Source: Gammaproteobacteria bacterium (GTDB lineage Bacteria; Pseudomonadota; Gammaproteobacteria; M30B25). Taken from it: DNA of 62,664 nt. A program made the position numbers and the translations under genes. The stretch lies in the NCBI GenBank assembly GCA_018402195.1, contig JAGYIW010000005.1:1-62664 (forward strand). The letters are read 5' to 3'. Positions 40,871 to 52,297 of the stretch are shown piece after piece. Numbering within the stretch: position 1 is the first letter of the stretch; the number at the start of each line of letters is the position of its first letter. Under the pieces are notes generated by a model. The model did not search any database and was not told the origin of the DNA. It was given only the letters and a program-made list of their open reading frames with translations.

Positions 40871-43750
40871 TTATGATCTTTCTAATACAGGTGCTAACCA
40901 ACTACCTGTATGCGATTCTTTGACTTTGACTATGTCCTCAGGCGCCCCCATGGCAACCAATTTGCCACCATGCTCGCCCCCTTCTGGCCCAATGTCCACA
41001 ATCCAGTCAGCCGTTTTGATAACGTCAAGATTGTGCTCGATGATAACGACTGTATTTCCATGGTCTCTTAATTGATGAAGAATTTCAAGCAATTGCTTCA
41101 CATCGTGAAAATGCAAGCCAGTGGTTGGCTCATCCAATAAATATAAGGTATTTCCGGTATCTCGCTTTGATAGTTCACGTGCTAACTTCAATCTTTGTGC
41201 TTCACCCCCTGATAGGGTTGTAGCGCTCTGCCCTAGTGCCAAATAGCCTAACCCCACTTGCATCAAGGTACTGAGTTTTTTCGCCAAGACAGGCACAGCC
41301 TCAAAAAAGCCATATGCCTCTTCGATGGTTAAGGCCAGCACTTGTGCTATGTTTTTGCCTTTATAGAAGATATCAAGGGTTTCACGCTGATAGCGCCCAC
41401 CGTGACAAACATCACAAGTCACATAAACATCAGCCAAGAAATGCATTTCTACTCTGATTATACCCCCGCCCTGGCATCCTTCACAACGACCACCTTTGAC
41501 ATTGAAGCTGAATCTACCTGGCTTATAACCTCTAGCTCTAGCCTCCTGTGTGCCAGCAAAAAGGTCGCGAATGGCTGAAAAAATTCCTGTGTATGTTGCA
41601 GGATTAGATCTAGGTGTACGCCCGATGGGCTTTTGGTCGATACGCACTACTTGGTCAAAATGATCAAGCCCTGTGATAGCATCACACCCAACATTGGGTT
41701 GACGACTGTGCCGATTGCAATGCGCCATGGCCAGGGGAAATAAGGTCTCATTGACTAAGCTGGATTTACCTGATCCAGACACACCTGTAACACAGGTCAT
41801 TAAACCTACTGGAAGCACCACATCGATATCTTTAAGGTTATTACAGCTGGCTTTTTCTATGCGCACTATTCGCTTGGGGTCTTTTTTCAAGCGATTCTTG
41901 GGCACAGGAATACAAAGCTTTCTGGACAAATATTGGCCAGTAAGCGATTTGTCGTTGGCCATAATCTCAGCCAAAGACCCTGCTGCCACCACTTTACCCC
42001 CGTGAACACCAGCCCCTGGACCAATATCGACAACATAATCTGCCTGACGAATGGCGTCTTCATCATGCTCGATTACAATTACGGTGTTGCCTAAATTTCT
42101 TAACTGCACCAAGGAATCTAATAAACGCTGATTGTCGCGCTGGTGCAAACCAATGGTAGGCTCATCCAAGATATACATAACGCCAACAAGCCCTGAGCCG
42201 ATTTGACTGGCAAGACGAATACGCTGCGCTTCACCTCCAGACAAGCTTTCGGCGCGGCGAGACAAGCTGAGGTAATTCAAGCCAACACTCACCAAGAAAC
42301 TTAATCTGTCATTGATTTCTTTAAGAATTTTTTCAGCGATTTCAGCGCGGTTACCCGTGAGATCAAGCTGCTGAAAAAATGCCAGCGTTTTTTCTATGGA
42401 CCACCGTGTAACTTCAGGCAGTGCCACATCGCCAATAAAAACATGACGTGCTGAAGCGTTGAGGCGGCCACCTTTGCAAGATTCACACTCGTGGGCACTC
42501 ATGTACTTGGTCAGTTCTTCACGCATGCTAGAAGATTCTGTTTCACGGTAACGCCTGGTCATGTTGACAATCACGCCCTCAAACGCCGTCGTACGAACTC
42601 GGTGCCGCTTGCGAGGGCTAATATAAGTCATGGTGATTTTTTCGTCCCCACTGCCATATAGCAGGACTTGCTGGATCTTGGTAGGTAAGCTGGCAAAAGG
42701 CACATTAAGATCAAAACCATAGTGTTCAGCCAAAGATTGTAACAGCTGATAGTAATAAAAGTGTCGTCTATCCCAACCTCTAATCGCACCTTCCGCCAAG
42801 GAAAGCTCAGGATCTTCTACCACTTTATCTGGGTCTATGATTTGATCCAAACCCAGGCCATCACAACTAGGGCACGCTCCGATTGGGCTATTGAAAGAAA
42901 ACAAACGAGGTTCCAATGTCGGCACATTATAATCACACTGAGGACAGGCCCAACAGGCTGAAAACAACTTGCTTTCAGTCATTGGTTCAACATCCATGGG
43001 AGCAATTTCCGCTAAGCCTTCTGCCAATCCCAATGCGGTCTCAAAGGACTCAGCCAAACGTGAAGCTAGCCCTTCGCGAATTTTGAACCGGTCTATCACC
43101 ACTTCAATGGTGTGCTTTTGGTGGGCATTTAGGCTTGGCACGTCTTCTATGGCCATCACTTCACCATTCACCCGTAGGCGCACGTAGCCTTGGGCTCGCA
43201 AAGATGTTAGCAACTTCACATGTTCGCCCTTGCGATTGCGCACCATAGGCGCCAATAGCATCCAAGTGCTGTTTTCCTGCAGCGCCATCACATGATCGAC
43301 CATTTGTGATACCGTTTGCGCTGACAACGTCATATTATGTTTTGGGCAACGGGGATCACCCACACGGGCATAGAGAAGCCTTAAATAATCATATACTTCA
43401 GTGATAGTTCCCACAGTAGAACGGGGATTGTGGGAAGTGGATTTTTGCTCAATGGCAATCGCAGGCGATAAGCCAGCGATGTGATCAACATCTGGCTTTT
43501 CCATCAATGACAAAAATTGCCTGGCATAAGCGGATAGGGATTCTACGTAACGCCGCTGTCCTTCTGCATAAAGGGTATCGAAAGCCAGAGAAGACTTGCC
43601 AGAACCTGACAAACCAGTGATTACCACAAAAGCATCACGCGGCAAAGTGACATCGATATTGGCAAGATTGTGTGTACGGGCACCCTGAATACGGATGTCT
43701 TTTGATCCTATTTTATGGTTATAATCTGCACACATACTGGCTTTCTCCAC
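40871..43750 (-). CDS. uvrA: Excinuclease ABC subunit A
   Basis: 959 aa. Two ABC modules ([10 protein letters not shown] and [10 protein letters not shown]; LSGGEAQR twice) and CxxC zinc modules. Confidence 0.97.
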   Translation of the reverse strand: MEKASMCADYNHKIGSKDIRIQGARTHNLANIDVTLPRDAFVVITGLSGSGKSSLAFDTLYAEGQRRYVESLSAYARQFLSLMEKPDVDHIAGLSPAIAIEQKSTSHNPRSTVGTITEVYDYLRLLYARVGDPRCPKHNMTLSAQTVSQMVDHVMALQENSTWMLLAPMVRNRKGEHVKLLTSLRAQGYVRLRVNGEVMAIEDVPSLNAHQKHTIEVVIDRFKIREGLASRLAESFETALGLAEGLAEIAPMDVEPMTESKLFSACWACPQCDYNVPTLEPRLFSFNSPIGACPSCDGLGLDQIIDPDKVVEDPELSLAEGAIRGWDRRHFYYYQLLQSLAEHYGFDLNVPFASLPTKIQQVLLYGSGDEKITMTYISPRKRHRVRTTAFEGVIVNMTRRYRETESSSMREELTKYMSAHECESCKGGRLNASARHVFIGDVALPEVTRWSIEKTLAFFQQLDLTGNRAEIAEKILKEINDRLSFLVSVGLNYLSLSRRAESLSGGEAQRIRLASQIGSGLVGVMYILDEPTIGLHQRDNQRLLDSLVQLRNLGNTVIVIEHDEDAIRQADYVVDIGPGAGVHGGKVVAAGSLAEIMANDKSLTGQYLSRKLCIPVPKNRLKKDPKRIVRIEKASCNNLKDIDVVLPVGLMTCVTGVSGSGKSSLVNETLFPLAMAHCNRHSRQPNVGCDAITGLDHFDQVVRIDQKPIGRTPRSNPATYTGIFSAIRDLFAGTQEARARGYKPGRFSFNVKGGRCEGCQGGGIIRVEMHFLADVYVTCDVCHGGRYQRETLDIFYKGKNIAQVLALTIEEAYGFFEAVPVLAKKLSTLMQVGLGYLALGQSATTLSGGEAQRLKLARELSKRDTGNTLYLLDEPTTGLHFHDVKQLLEILHQLRDHGNTVVIIEHNLDVIKTADWIVDIGPEGGEHGGKLVAMGAPEDIVKVKESHTGSWLAPVLERS

Positions 43751-43856
43751 TAACGGGTTTTCATCATCCCAAAAAAAACACTAACTATCAATAACAAAAA
43801 GACCTTATTGCGCCGCAACACTGAAACCGTTAACATGGAGCTGTGAGGAGTTTTTC

Positions 43857-45248
43857 ATGGCGTTAATACATCCCTTTACTCAAGCAAACCGACGGTCCAC
43901 TGTTGCCCTGGCTGCTATATTTGCCTCGCGCATGATGGGCCTATTTATGATTCTGCCAGTGCTGGCGATCAGCTATACCCAATATACCGACGCTAGCCCA
44001 CAACTGATGGGAACAGCACTGGGTATTTATGGCTTGTGCCAAGCATTACTTCAAATTCCTTTTGGCATGGTGTCTGATAAGATGGGACGCAAACCTGTCA
44101 TTTTGCTGGGTTTGAGTATATTCATTCTTGGGAGCGTGGTGGCAGCTATGTCACAGTCTATCTTTGGGCTTATCATTGGCCGGGGGCTACAGGGAGCTGG
44201 TGCCGTTGGCAGCGTCATTATTGCTCTCGTTGCTGACCTTACACCTGAGGACAAGCGCACCCAAGCCATGGCTATTGTAGGCGTATCTATTGGCACATCT
44301 TTCGGTGTAGCCATGATACTTGGTCCTATCATCAATAGTTTTGGAGGTATGTCAGCAATTTTTTGGCTGACAGCAGTCCTTGGTCTGCTGTCCATGGTGG
44401 TACTGCTTTCTTTTGTACCCACCCCTAAGGACTCTCATAGCCATAGAGACACTGATGTATTGACTGAGGATTTGCTGGCCACATTGAAAAACCCTAGCTT
44501 ACGTCGTCTAGACTTTGGTGTATTTACCTTACATGCCATGCTCTCCGCCTTGTTTCTCTTGCTCCCCAAGGTGATGACCACCTTGGGTCTGCCTACAGAG
44601 CAGCACTGGCATGTTTACGTCCCAGCACTGATTGGTGCGTTGTTTATTATGGTTGTTGGCACTTACATTGGCGAGAGCCAACGCCGCATGAAAGAGGTTG
44701 TGTGCAGCTCAACAGCGCTTTTAATTTTGAGTTTATTGGGTTTTTGGCAACTTTCTTCTACAGGGTTAATAACCCTAACAGGCCTGATGATCATTTTTTT
44801 CGGTGTATTTAGCCTGCTAGAAGCTTGCTTGCCTTCTTTGGTGTCTAAGATTGCTAATCCTAGCACCAAGGGCACTGCCATGGGTATTTACTCCACATCA
44901 CAGTTTTTGGGTATTTTTGTTGGTGGCAGCTTGGGCGGTCAAATTTTAGCCCACTATGGTCCTAATGGGATTTTTATTACTTGCTTGACCTTAGTGAGTT
45001 TGTGGTTTACTGCTGCCCTCTCTATGGCTAAACCTGCATACTTAAGCGCACAAATGCTTAAGGTGGGGATAACAAGTCGCCAGGCTGCGGAAGCACTTAG
45101 CCAACATATTGGTACATTCCCAGGAGTTTTTGAAGCTGAAATTCGTGAAGATGACGGTATTGCTTATTTGAAAATAGACAGTAAGATAACTTCTCTAGAA
45201 GCTATTGCCTCGGTGATCGAGGTGTGGCAGAAAAAATCACAACCATAG
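43857..45248 (+). CDS. MFS transporter (uvrA-ssb intergenic type) with a soluble C-terminal tail
   Basis: 463 aa, 12 TM layout, with the MFS motif [10 protein letters not shown] between TM2 and TM3. Confidence 0.85.
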   Translation: MALIHPFTQANRRSTVALAAIFASRMMGLFMILPVLAISYTQYTDASPQLMGTALGIYGLCQALLQIPFGMVSDKMGRKPVILLGLSIFILGSVVAAMSQSIFGLIIGRGLQGAGAVGSVIIALVADLTPEDKRTQAMAIVGVSIGTSFGVAMILGPIINSFGGMSAIFWLTAVLGLLSMVVLLSFVPTPKDSHSHRDTDVLTEDLLATLKNPSLRRLDFGVFTLHAMLSALFLLLPKVMTTLGLPTEQHWHVYVPALIGALFIMVVGTYIGESQRRMKEVVCSSTALLILSLLGFWQLSSTGLITLTGLMIIFFGVFSLLEACLPSLVSKIANPSTKGTAMGIYSTSQFLGIFVGGSLGGQILAHYGPNGIFITCLTLVSLWFTAALSMAKPAYLSAQMLKVGITSRQAAEALSQHIGTFPGVFEAEIREDDGIAYLKIDSKITSLEAIASVIEVWQKKSQP

Positions 45249-45262
45249 GAGATCCATGCATC

Positions 45263-45733
45263 ATGGCCAGAGGCATTAACAAAGTTATTCTAGTCGGCAA
45301 CGTCGGCATCGACCCTGAAGTTCGTTATACCGGAAGCGGCGCGGCAGTGGCTAATATTTCCATTGCCACTAGCGAATCTTGGAAAGACAAAACCACAGGA
45401 GAAAATATTGAGCGCACCGAGTGGCACCGTGTGGTATTTTTTAACCGCTTGGCAGAGATTATTAATGAATATGTCAAAAAAGGCAGTAAGCTATACGTTG
45501 AAGGCAGCTTGAAAACTCGAAAATGGCAGGACCAAAGTGGCAATGATCGCTACACTACTGAGATTGTCGGCAACGAAATGCAAATGCTTGACAGTCGTGG
45601 ATCGGGCGGGTCCAACGGTTTTGCGCCATCCGCTGATGTACCTATCTCAATGCAAGACAGCAATCAAACACAACCTGGGCCCGCAGTAACCGCTGGCGCC
45701 AATGATTTTGACGATGATGACATTCCGTTTTAG
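45263..45733 (+). CDS. ssb: Single-stranded DNA-binding protein
   Basis: Start at [15 protein letters not shown] (AGGAG RBS). OB-fold motifs, a Gly/Gln-rich linker, and the canonical acidic tip DDDIPF. Confidence 0.95.
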   Translation: MARGINKVILVGNVGIDPEVRYTGSGAAVANISIATSESWKDKTTGENIERTEWHRVVFFNRLAEIINEYVKKGSKLYVEGSLKTRKWQDQSGNDRYTTEIVGNEMQMLDSRGSGGSNGFAPSADVPISMQDSNQTQPGPAVTAGANDFDDDDIPF

Positions 45734-46170
45734 TCCTTTTGAGGGGCCTATTAAGCAGAGGCGGCATTAGAACATGTAAAAATACTGTCATTGATGCCTA
45801 ATACCCTCTCTTCATGTGTATGAGAATACAAGTCGCATGCGATAGCGGTGGCCTTTAACTCTATGACATAATAAAAAATAGAGTATGTTCATATGAATGA
45901 TACATAACATGAGAAAAAAACAAAATAAAATCAAATCATAGACTTATGGGACAATTCGTGATTTTGGAATCTAGACTATAGTAGCAATCTGTAGCTGATT
46001 GAAGCTCTGATGCCTCACTAAATATTTCTATTTATGCCCTATTCAAAAATACTTGATGTTAGACGAAATCAATTGATCAAAAAAGCTTGCATCTAGGTTT
46101 TTGGTTTAATATCATTCGGGCAGCAATTTATCACTAAGCAATTTTTTTATTTTTTTAGCTATATTTTGCG

Positions 46171-46186
46171 CATGACATGTGTCATG
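46171..46186. promoter_or_regulatory. Perfect 7+7 palindrome (candidate operator) upstream of the small acidic ORF
   Basis: CATGACAtgTGTCATG lies between a TATATT-like -10 element (about 46160) and the GGAG RBS at 46201. Confidence 0.3.
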
Positions 46187-46211
46187 GGTTTAACCACTTG
46201 GGAGAAGAATA

Positions 46212-46358
46212 ATGGTTGATTTTGAAGAAGATTTTGAGTCATTGGGAATAAGCGAAAACACTGATGATCTGTTGGATCTAGATGATGCAGACATCATCGA
46301 CCTTGATGAATTGGAAGGTGATGACTTCGATGAGGACGGGGATGACTTCGACGAATAA
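46212..46358 (+). CDS. 48-aa hyper-acidic small protein (not in the ORF track, below its cutoff)
   Basis: ATG 46212 is preceded by a GGAGAAG RBS. The product is MVDFEEDFESLGISENTDDLLDLDDADIIDLDELEGDDFDEDGDDFDE, with no basic residue and more than half Asp/Glu. It is followed by a stem-loop and a T-run (46377-46423). The 85-aa Ser-rich minus-strand ORF 46190..46447 is its antisense shadow. Confidence 0.55.
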   Translation: MVDFEEDFESLGISENTDDLLDLDDADIIDLDELEGDDFDEDGDDFDE

Positions 46359-46376
46359 GTCACTTTTTTGATACAG

Positions 46377-46423
46377 AACTGACCTGGTGCATAGCTCGCT
46401 AAAAACTTGGTCAGTTTTTGTTT
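46377..46423 (+). terminator. Possible intrinsic terminator for the acidic ORF
   Basis: AACTGACC-N24-GGTCAGTT followed by TTTGTTT. The loop is long, hence moderate confidence. Confidence 0.35.
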
Positions 46424-46464
46424 CGATCCACTACATGTAGTGTACAAGGACGCTAATGGATCTG

Positions 46465-49400
46465 CTAGGCAGATGTGTATGTAGCCAAAATTTCTTCAAT
46501 AATCTGATCTACCACATTCTGCTTAACTTCATTATCGATACTGCCAGTTTGTGATTTGACTTCTACCATACGCCGTTCTACTAGCTTTGCAGCACTACCG
46601 CTGGGGAATAGCTTGGCAAGAAGCTTTCTGGCTTGAGCTGGGCCTATGGCTTGGTAGAGATGCGTACGAATACGTACATCCTCAACCGTGGTGCTGAAGG
46701 CCCATAGCTCTATCGGCCCAAGAGTACTAGTGAGTAATTGAGTATTGCTACCGGCCTTGGTGGCAAACTGAGCCAGGAATGTTGCACCCGACTCTCGTGG
46801 ACCATGGACACGATTTCTCAAGGCGTATTGCGCTGTTGTAGACAAACCAAATACCTCTGTCGTCTTACGAATCGCCAGCTCTGGCCCTGCATCCATAATG
46901 AACACACTGGTAGCAAACTCGATCATTACCTCATCGAAATCATCAAGAGATTGAGAGAGCAAGGCAATTTGTACCCGCCACTTACGCCCTTCTCGCATAT
47001 CTACCACCACCTGATCGCGCACAGCTTGCGTATGCGATGTGCGGTGAAACTCATCAAAGACAATACGCTTATGGTCCTCTCGTATCTCACTGATTCGCTC
47101 ACGATGAAAATCCCGATACGCCTCAGGCATATCAGACAAACTATCATCAGTGAGGTAATAATTCTTCGCTGACACATAACGCGCTAGCATGTACATCACA
47201 GCAGTCTGCCGGTTAGCTGCATCACCACCACTCTTAGCCACTTCACCCAGATCCAGTGCAACCACACGAGATTCACCAAGATCAAATTTGGTGATCTGGC
47301 CGATAACGGGATATTCACGGATAGCACTTGAAATCATTCTGGCAAAAGCACTAATCAATGGCTCACCAGTAGGTGCCGTAATTTTACCATAAAGATCTTC
47401 AACTGTGCTAGAACGAGCAATAGAAGTAGCATCAGCAAGCACTGGCATGGCATGACGCTGCGCTAACATAGCTTCGTGATAAAAACCCGCCAAAAACAAA
47501 GTATCGGTAACTTCCCACCAAGTACTATGCTGATCGGCAACAAAACCTATTTCTTCCAAAATGGCATCAACTATTTCTTCAACATCTTTGGTATAAGGAT
47601 GCGGCTTGCCCTCATCAGACAAAATCTTATACATCTCATCAACTACCATGCCCACCATATCGGCGATACCATCATAAGGTGACTCTTCTCCAACAGGTGT
47701 GGCCAACAACACCAAGAAATTCAACAAAAAACTCCGCTCCTGGGGAGTAGGCTTACGACAGCCCAATTGAGTATCAAAAGGATTAATGGCATAGTTCGGA
47801 GTCATGCGTATACAGTGATGCGCCACCAAATGTCGTTTATTCACCGGCAAAGCTTCTTGCAACAAAGAAATCAAACCACTACTCGAAGGTCCGATATCAA
47901 TCACAGAAATAAATGGCAAACGTTGAATACCCGGTGACAAACACAAAGCCAAATTCATGGCATTCGACAACACCGACTTACCCGAACCAGGTCGCGCATA
48001 AACCAGTTCAATCCAAGTAGTCTGCTGAGATGACCCAGGCTGAAACGGCCATAGCTTACCATCAGGGGATCTAAACAGAACAGCCCCCGTTGTCCAGGAC
48101 GATGCAGGTCGAAATAAAGGCAACATGGTAACAACATCCGACAGTGGCGCCACTGAAGGTGTCGCTAAACTCGTATCAGAAACTGCTAACATGCTTGAAA
48201 CCACACCACCAAAGGCATCACCCGACGCTTCAGCCACATCGCATGAACCCCAGCCTTCGACAGCCTGCGCCAACTGTGATGCCCGTGCGCGTAACAAAGT
48301 TACATCATCGGCGGGAGCCCAAGTTGCTAGTGCTACCCTAAGCTTCACCACAACATCATCGGTATTGAGTTCAATATAATTGAGCAAATTCACCGCATCA
48401 CTCACCAAACGGTTCGCCTTAGACGTCACCGTCAATACTGCTGCCAAAGACGCCTTCAAACTGGTAGAAGCCAAACCATCGCTTTCAATCAAAAATGAGA
48501 TACGCCAAGGGATAGCTGCCTGCAAAGCACGACCAAACAAGTTCATGAAACGCTGAATTTCTTTAGGGAACAGAGAAATAAATACAGTGGAATAAATGCG
48601 ATCACCAATACGGCAAGACCGCAGGTCCAAATTCTCAGCATCTCGGGGCATAATCTGCCGGCCCAAAGCTGGCCAAAGCACATCTGCGGCTGTACCATCT
48701 ACACCTACTTTAAAAGCACGAGGCTTGATTTTATCTCCTGGCAACTCCGGACGCCAGGACAAATCGGTAAAATCCGGATCAACAGTACGACGCATTTCGT
48801 ACACCGCATCATGCACTTCCAACAAGTCAGCAATAATGCCAAGCATACGGGCATTTTCTAAAAACGATTGCATATAAGAATCATGAGACTCCCGCAACTC
48901 AGGAATGGCAGCACAAAAAAACTGCGTATCCAAGAAAGGCGGCAACTTTGCTTCCTTTATCATTTCCATCTTGTCTTTTTGCGATCGCTTAACTTGATCC
49001 GAAGTCAGAGAAGCTGGTGTGGTCCAAAACACCATAAAGACGTCTTCTTTTGCACAGTACTTAGAAAGATTTTGTACCCGTTCATCAAACAGATCTTCCA
49101 ACTCCATACCAATGCGCTCTGCCGTGGCTTTAGCTGGGGAAAAAATATCGGTGATATCTTGCGCAGCACCTTGCTTGTCGTAATTGAAAAATACTTGAAC
49201 CTTAGTCCCAGAACGAGACATAGATGTTTGTAAGCTCAGAAGTACGCCATCACGAATGCGTCCAAACTCTTCAGAACCAACAAGTTGGTTAACACCTTGC
49301 AAACGAACAATACTTATCAGTGAACCATCATGGGCCACCAAGGTATGAGGGCCATCGGCCGTTTCAATGGCACAATAGGACTCCATGTTTTGTCCCAGGG

Positions 49401-49500
49401 TAGTCGACAACCATGCCATAAAAACATCTATGCCACCTACCACTGCATCAGCAATCTTCGCCATACCTAACTCACTCCTTAAGCCCTGATTATCCCACAT
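46465..49500 (-). CDS. icmB: Dot/Icm T4BSS ATPase IcmB/DotO (VirB4-like)
   Basis: 1011 aa (alternative start MAKIADAVV at 49464). Walker A ARPGSGKSVLSN. The size and the terminal position after icmJ match Legionella/Coxiella icmB. Confidence 0.88.
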   Translation of the reverse strand: MWDNQGLRSELGMAKIADAVVGGIDVFMAWLSTTLGQNMESYCAIETADGPHTLVAHDGSLISIVRLQGVNQLVGSEEFGRIRDGVLLSLQTSMSRSGTKVQVFFNYDKQGAAQDITDIFSPAKATAERIGMELEDLFDERVQNLSKYCAKEDVFMVFWTTPASLTSDQVKRSQKDKMEMIKEAKLPPFLDTQFFCAAIPELRESHDSYMQSFLENARMLGIIADLLEVHDAVYEMRRTVDPDFTDLSWRPELPGDKIKPRAFKVGVDGTAADVLWPALGRQIMPRDAENLDLRSCRIGDRIYSTVFISLFPKEIQRFMNLFGRALQAAIPWRISFLIESDGLASTSLKASLAAVLTVTSKANRLVSDAVNLLNYIELNTDDVVVKLRVALATWAPADDVTLLRARASQLAQAVEGWGSCDVAEASGDAFGGVVSSMLAVSDTSLATPSVAPLSDVVTMLPLFRPASSWTTGAVLFRSPDGKLWPFQPGSSQQTTWIELVYARPGSGKSVLSNAMNLALCLSPGIQRLPFISVIDIGPSSSGLISLLQEALPVNKRHLVAHHCIRMTPNYAINPFDTQLGCRKPTPQERSFLLNFLVLLATPVGEESPYDGIADMVGMVVDEMYKILSDEGKPHPYTKDVEEIVDAILEEIGFVADQHSTWWEVTDTLFLAGFYHEAMLAQRHAMPVLADATSIARSSTVEDLYGKITAPTGEPLISAFARMISSAIREYPVIGQITKFDLGESRVVALDLGEVAKSGGDAANRQTAVMYMLARYVSAKNYYLTDDSLSDMPEAYRDFHRERISEIREDHKRIVFDEFHRTSHTQAVRDQVVVDMREGRKWRVQIALLSQSLDDFDEVMIEFATSVFIMDAGPELAIRKTTEVFGLSTTAQYALRNRVHGPRESGATFLAQFATKAGSNTQLLTSTLGPIELWAFSTTVEDVRIRTHLYQAIGPAQARKLLAKLFPSGSAAKLVERRMVEVKSQTGSIDNEVKQNVVDQIIEEILATYTSA

Positions 49501-49519
49501 TCTATGCTACCCTAGCTAA

Positions 49520-50133
49520 CTAGGCAATACCACCAGCTGCAGCTTTAGCCCAATGATCCACCAAAGACTTAAAACGACTGCGGGAAGGTAACAAACGAAC
49601 ATCTTTCAACAAGGCTATGCCCTTTTCTCGCGTATTTTCAACATGTGAATCCAACAACGCCCTACCAAACACCGCAGGATCAGACAAGCCTTCACCAAAT
49701 TGTTTTTCTACCATTTGGTTACGAAGTTTGAGCTCACGATAAATGGATTGTGCATCAGCATAATATGTCGAAGCATTACTCATGGCACAAAACAAAACAT
49801 GACACAAACCATTCAGCTGTCCCATGGTAACTTCAGGCATATAAACCAAAGTGCCGCCACCTACTTCATTTTGCCCAACCTGCTCTAAAATTGGCACCTG
49901 GGGTGTGAATAAAGGGCAAGGGTCACCATATTATCCATGGTATTGTTTTTATAATTACCATCAAGATTAATGATTTCCATAGAGCTACTGGCCTGAAATC
50001 CACAAAATTGACAAGCGTGGCCATCGCGCTGAAACACCTTTTCAGCAAAATCAGTAAAGCCTTTGCTTCCCTTTCTTGCCTCAAAAAGATGCCAACCATT
50101 CAAAGATGCTGTTAAGTTTAAATCACGATACAT
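49520..50133 (-). pseudogene. icmJ: Dot/Icm IcmJ/DotN, split by a single frameshift
   Basis: ORF 49885..50133 (..FQRDGHACQFCGFQ..INLDGNYKNNTMDNMVT) and ORF 49520..49897 (..PILEQVGQNEVGGGTLVYMPE..LNGLCHVLFCA..LLPSR..) together make 207 aa, collinear with the ~208-aa IcmJ. The frames overlap at 49895-49925 around a CCC run. Confidence 0.8.
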
Positions 50134-50211
50134 GCATCACCTTCAACTCAATCACTTCAAATCAAGGGCCTGTGCGTTTAACGCATACAGGCCCCAAGGT
50201 GCTCACCACTG

Positions 50212-50637
50212 TTATTCACGATCAACGCCAGGTAAAGAAGTACCATTTGCACTACCAATACCAGAACTCGCGCCCTCGCCAGCAATGGTTGCGCCTGATG
50301 TGCTAATAATGTAAGGCATAAACACCAAACATACAGCAATCATCAGCAAAGCAATGGGAGTACCCATAGGAATCTGTGTAGGGTTGTCTTTATGCTGTTT
50401 GAATTTAAAAATAGCACCAATAAAGAAACCAATACCTGCCACATAAGACATGCCCATCATCATTGAGGCAATATTGGTAAAAGTATTGGTAATATTTCTA
50501 GCAATGGTACCAATGTTGGTAACATCACTTTGACCATCAGCAAATACAGCAGTTGATGATACGATCAAGCCAGAAATCATCAAAGCTTTTGCAGTGGTTT
50601 TTACACTGTTTTTCGATATAAATTCAGATACACTCAT
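50212..50637 (-). CDS. icmD: Dot/Icm inner-membrane protein IcmD/DotP
   Basis: Start at MSVSEFISKN (GAGGAG RBS), 141 aa, 2-3 TM segments. Assigned by its position between icmC and icmJ. Confidence 0.72.
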   Translation of the reverse strand: MSVSEFISKNSVKTTAKALMISGLIVSSTAVFADGQSDVTNIGTIARNITNTFTNIASMMMGMSYVAGIGFFIGAIFKFKQHKDNPTQIPMGTPIALLMIAVCLVFMPYIISTSGATIAGEGASSGIGSANGTSLPGVDRE

Positions 50638-50662
50638 CTCATTCTCCTCAGTATTGTTTAAA

Positions 50663-51319
50663 TCAAGTTGCGCCAAGCAATGTCGCTTCAAGCACGTCAA
50701 TAGTTCCAACTATATTAATGGCAAAGACACCACCAAACAACAACATCATGGCTGCAGGAACCGTACCCGGCTGTCCACCCTGCTCACCAACTTTGGCGAG
50801 TTTCACCAAACCACGAATAAAAGCAACCAAGCCTATTATCTGAACCAGGCTAAACACAGGGCCCATCAATGATTCAAAGCTCATGTCCCCAGAAGAAATG
50901 TACCCTTGCAAATTTCCTGTTTGCATCGACGTGTTCATTGTTACGCCACCACTCCAAGCAGTGTTAAGCAGCATTTCAATAGACCAAGGAGTATAAATCA
51001 ACAAAGTACCAACAAATATGCGCATCATTGGACCAACAAAATCAGCTTGGGCCATCATAAATACTGTCATTTGACCATACTTCTTGAGCTTCATCACTCC
51101 TAAAACAAAAAGTGTCGTACCCAACAGCCAACAAGCTCCAGTCAGCATGGTCCAAACACCCATCAAGGACTGCTGCAGATTCATCAGCATTTGCCCCAGG
51201 CTGGCGCTACTGGCATCAACCCTACCCCCTGCTGCCAGGGCAGTATCAGGTAGCCACAGGAGCACTAGCAATAGCAAACTCATACAACCAATATAAGAGT
51301 GGTTAAGTCCTATATTCAT
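50663..51319 (-). CDS. icmC: Dot/Icm inner-membrane protein IcmC/DotE
   Basis: 218 aa, polytopic. It directly abuts the icmG stop. Assigned by position and size. Confidence 0.7.
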   Translation of the reverse strand: MNIGLNHSYIGCMSLLLLVLLWLPDTALAAGGRVDASSASLGQMLMNLQQSLMGVWTMLTGACWLLGTTLFVLGVMKLKKYGQMTVFMMAQADFVGPMMRIFVGTLLIYTPWSIEMLLNTAWSGGVTMNTSMQTGNLQGYISSGDMSFESLMGPVFSLVQIIGLVAFIRGLVKLAKVGEQGGQPGTVPAAMMLLFGGVFAINIVGTIDVLEATLLGAT

Positions 51320-52261
51320 CTAACTATCATCCCTTCCCAAGTAAATTGCCTTACCAGATGAAGTTAAGACACGACCATAATCAGGTTCAATCTTTACTAC
51401 AGTACCATAACCTTCAATCTTATCACCCACTGAAGCAGTGAACTCGTGACCATTGGCAGTCCTTAGCCATACTCTACCAGGCACAATCACACTGATAGTG
51501 TACAAACCACTACGCTGTTTGAGCAATTGAGTATGCTCAGTATGTCTAGCTCTATCAACAGTAAGGCGCTGCAGTGAATCTTTAATCTCTGACAATTGTT
51601 TACTTTGTTTAATTAGCTCCTGCTTAGTTTTTTTTGCATTATCAAAGAGTAAGTTTACTTTAGCACCAAGGTCATTAATCTTATGATCCTCTTGGCTAGA
51701 GTATTCACTAAACTGATCTTCAAAAGTTTTAAGCTCATGTTCCAGCGCTTCTTCACGCTGGGAATCAGACTCTGTCATTGAGGCTTGTTGAACAGCTTGT
51801 GCGGCTGCTTTATCTTCATGAGAAGACAAACCACCAAACAACCATAGAAGTAGTAGCAACATGGCGACAATGCCGCCAATGGCAGCAGGTTTATTTTCAT
51901 TTAGGTAATCTTGTACTTCCTGAATCTTTGCCATTAACTCAGCTTTAGGATCACCCTTATCATCAGCAAACTCATCAAAAGAAAATGCTTCTTCTTCATC
52001 GTCTAAGGTATCATTCATAGAAAAATCATCGCCTACACCGGAGGTATCATCACCAACAGCATCTTCAAAATTAAAACCATCATCAAACGGATCAGAATCA
52101 TCCAGTGCCTCAGCAACAAGACCTTCGCTCAATCCGGTATCTTCAGGCATCCATTCCTCAACAGAATCATCCTGCAAGTCTGCACTAGCTTCAAGGTTAT
52201 CAAACTCATCCACCACCTGTTCTTCTTCAGAAACGCCGTTTGTTTCCTTCTTTTTTGCCAT
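51320..52261 (-). CDS. icmG: Dot/Icm protein IcmG/DotF (acidic N-terminus, single TM, periplasmic C-domain)
   Basis: 313 aa. D/E-rich cytoplasmic N-terminus, TM segment IGGIVAMLLLLLWLFGG, coiled coil, and a beta-rich C-terminus. Assigned by position after icmE. Confidence 0.72.
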   Translation of the reverse strand: MAKKKETNGVSEEEQVVDEFDNLEASADLQDDSVEEWMPEDTGLSEGLVAEALDDSDPFDDGFNFEDAVGDDTSGVGDDFSMNDTLDDEEEAFSFDEFADDKGDPKAELMAKIQEVQDYLNENKPAAIGGIVAMLLLLLWLFGGLSSHEDKAAAQAVQQASMTESDSQREEALEHELKTFEDQFSEYSSQEDHKINDLGAKVNLLFDNAKKTKQELIKQSKQLSEIKDSLQRLTVDRARHTEHTQLLKQRSGLYTISVIVPGRVWLRTANGHEFTASVGDKIEGYGTVVKIEPDYGRVLTSSGKAIYLGRDDS

Positions 52262-52297
52262 AGAATCACCTCATTTCCTTATCTACACACTTACCCG

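Noticed and set aside
46190-46447. The 85-aa Ser-rich minus-strand ORF from the ORF track, downstream of icmB.
   Set aside because: It is a low-complexity mirror image of the GAT/GAA-rich plus-strand acidic ORF. It lacks an RBS, whereas the plus-strand ORF has an RBS, promoter-like elements and a downstream hairpin.
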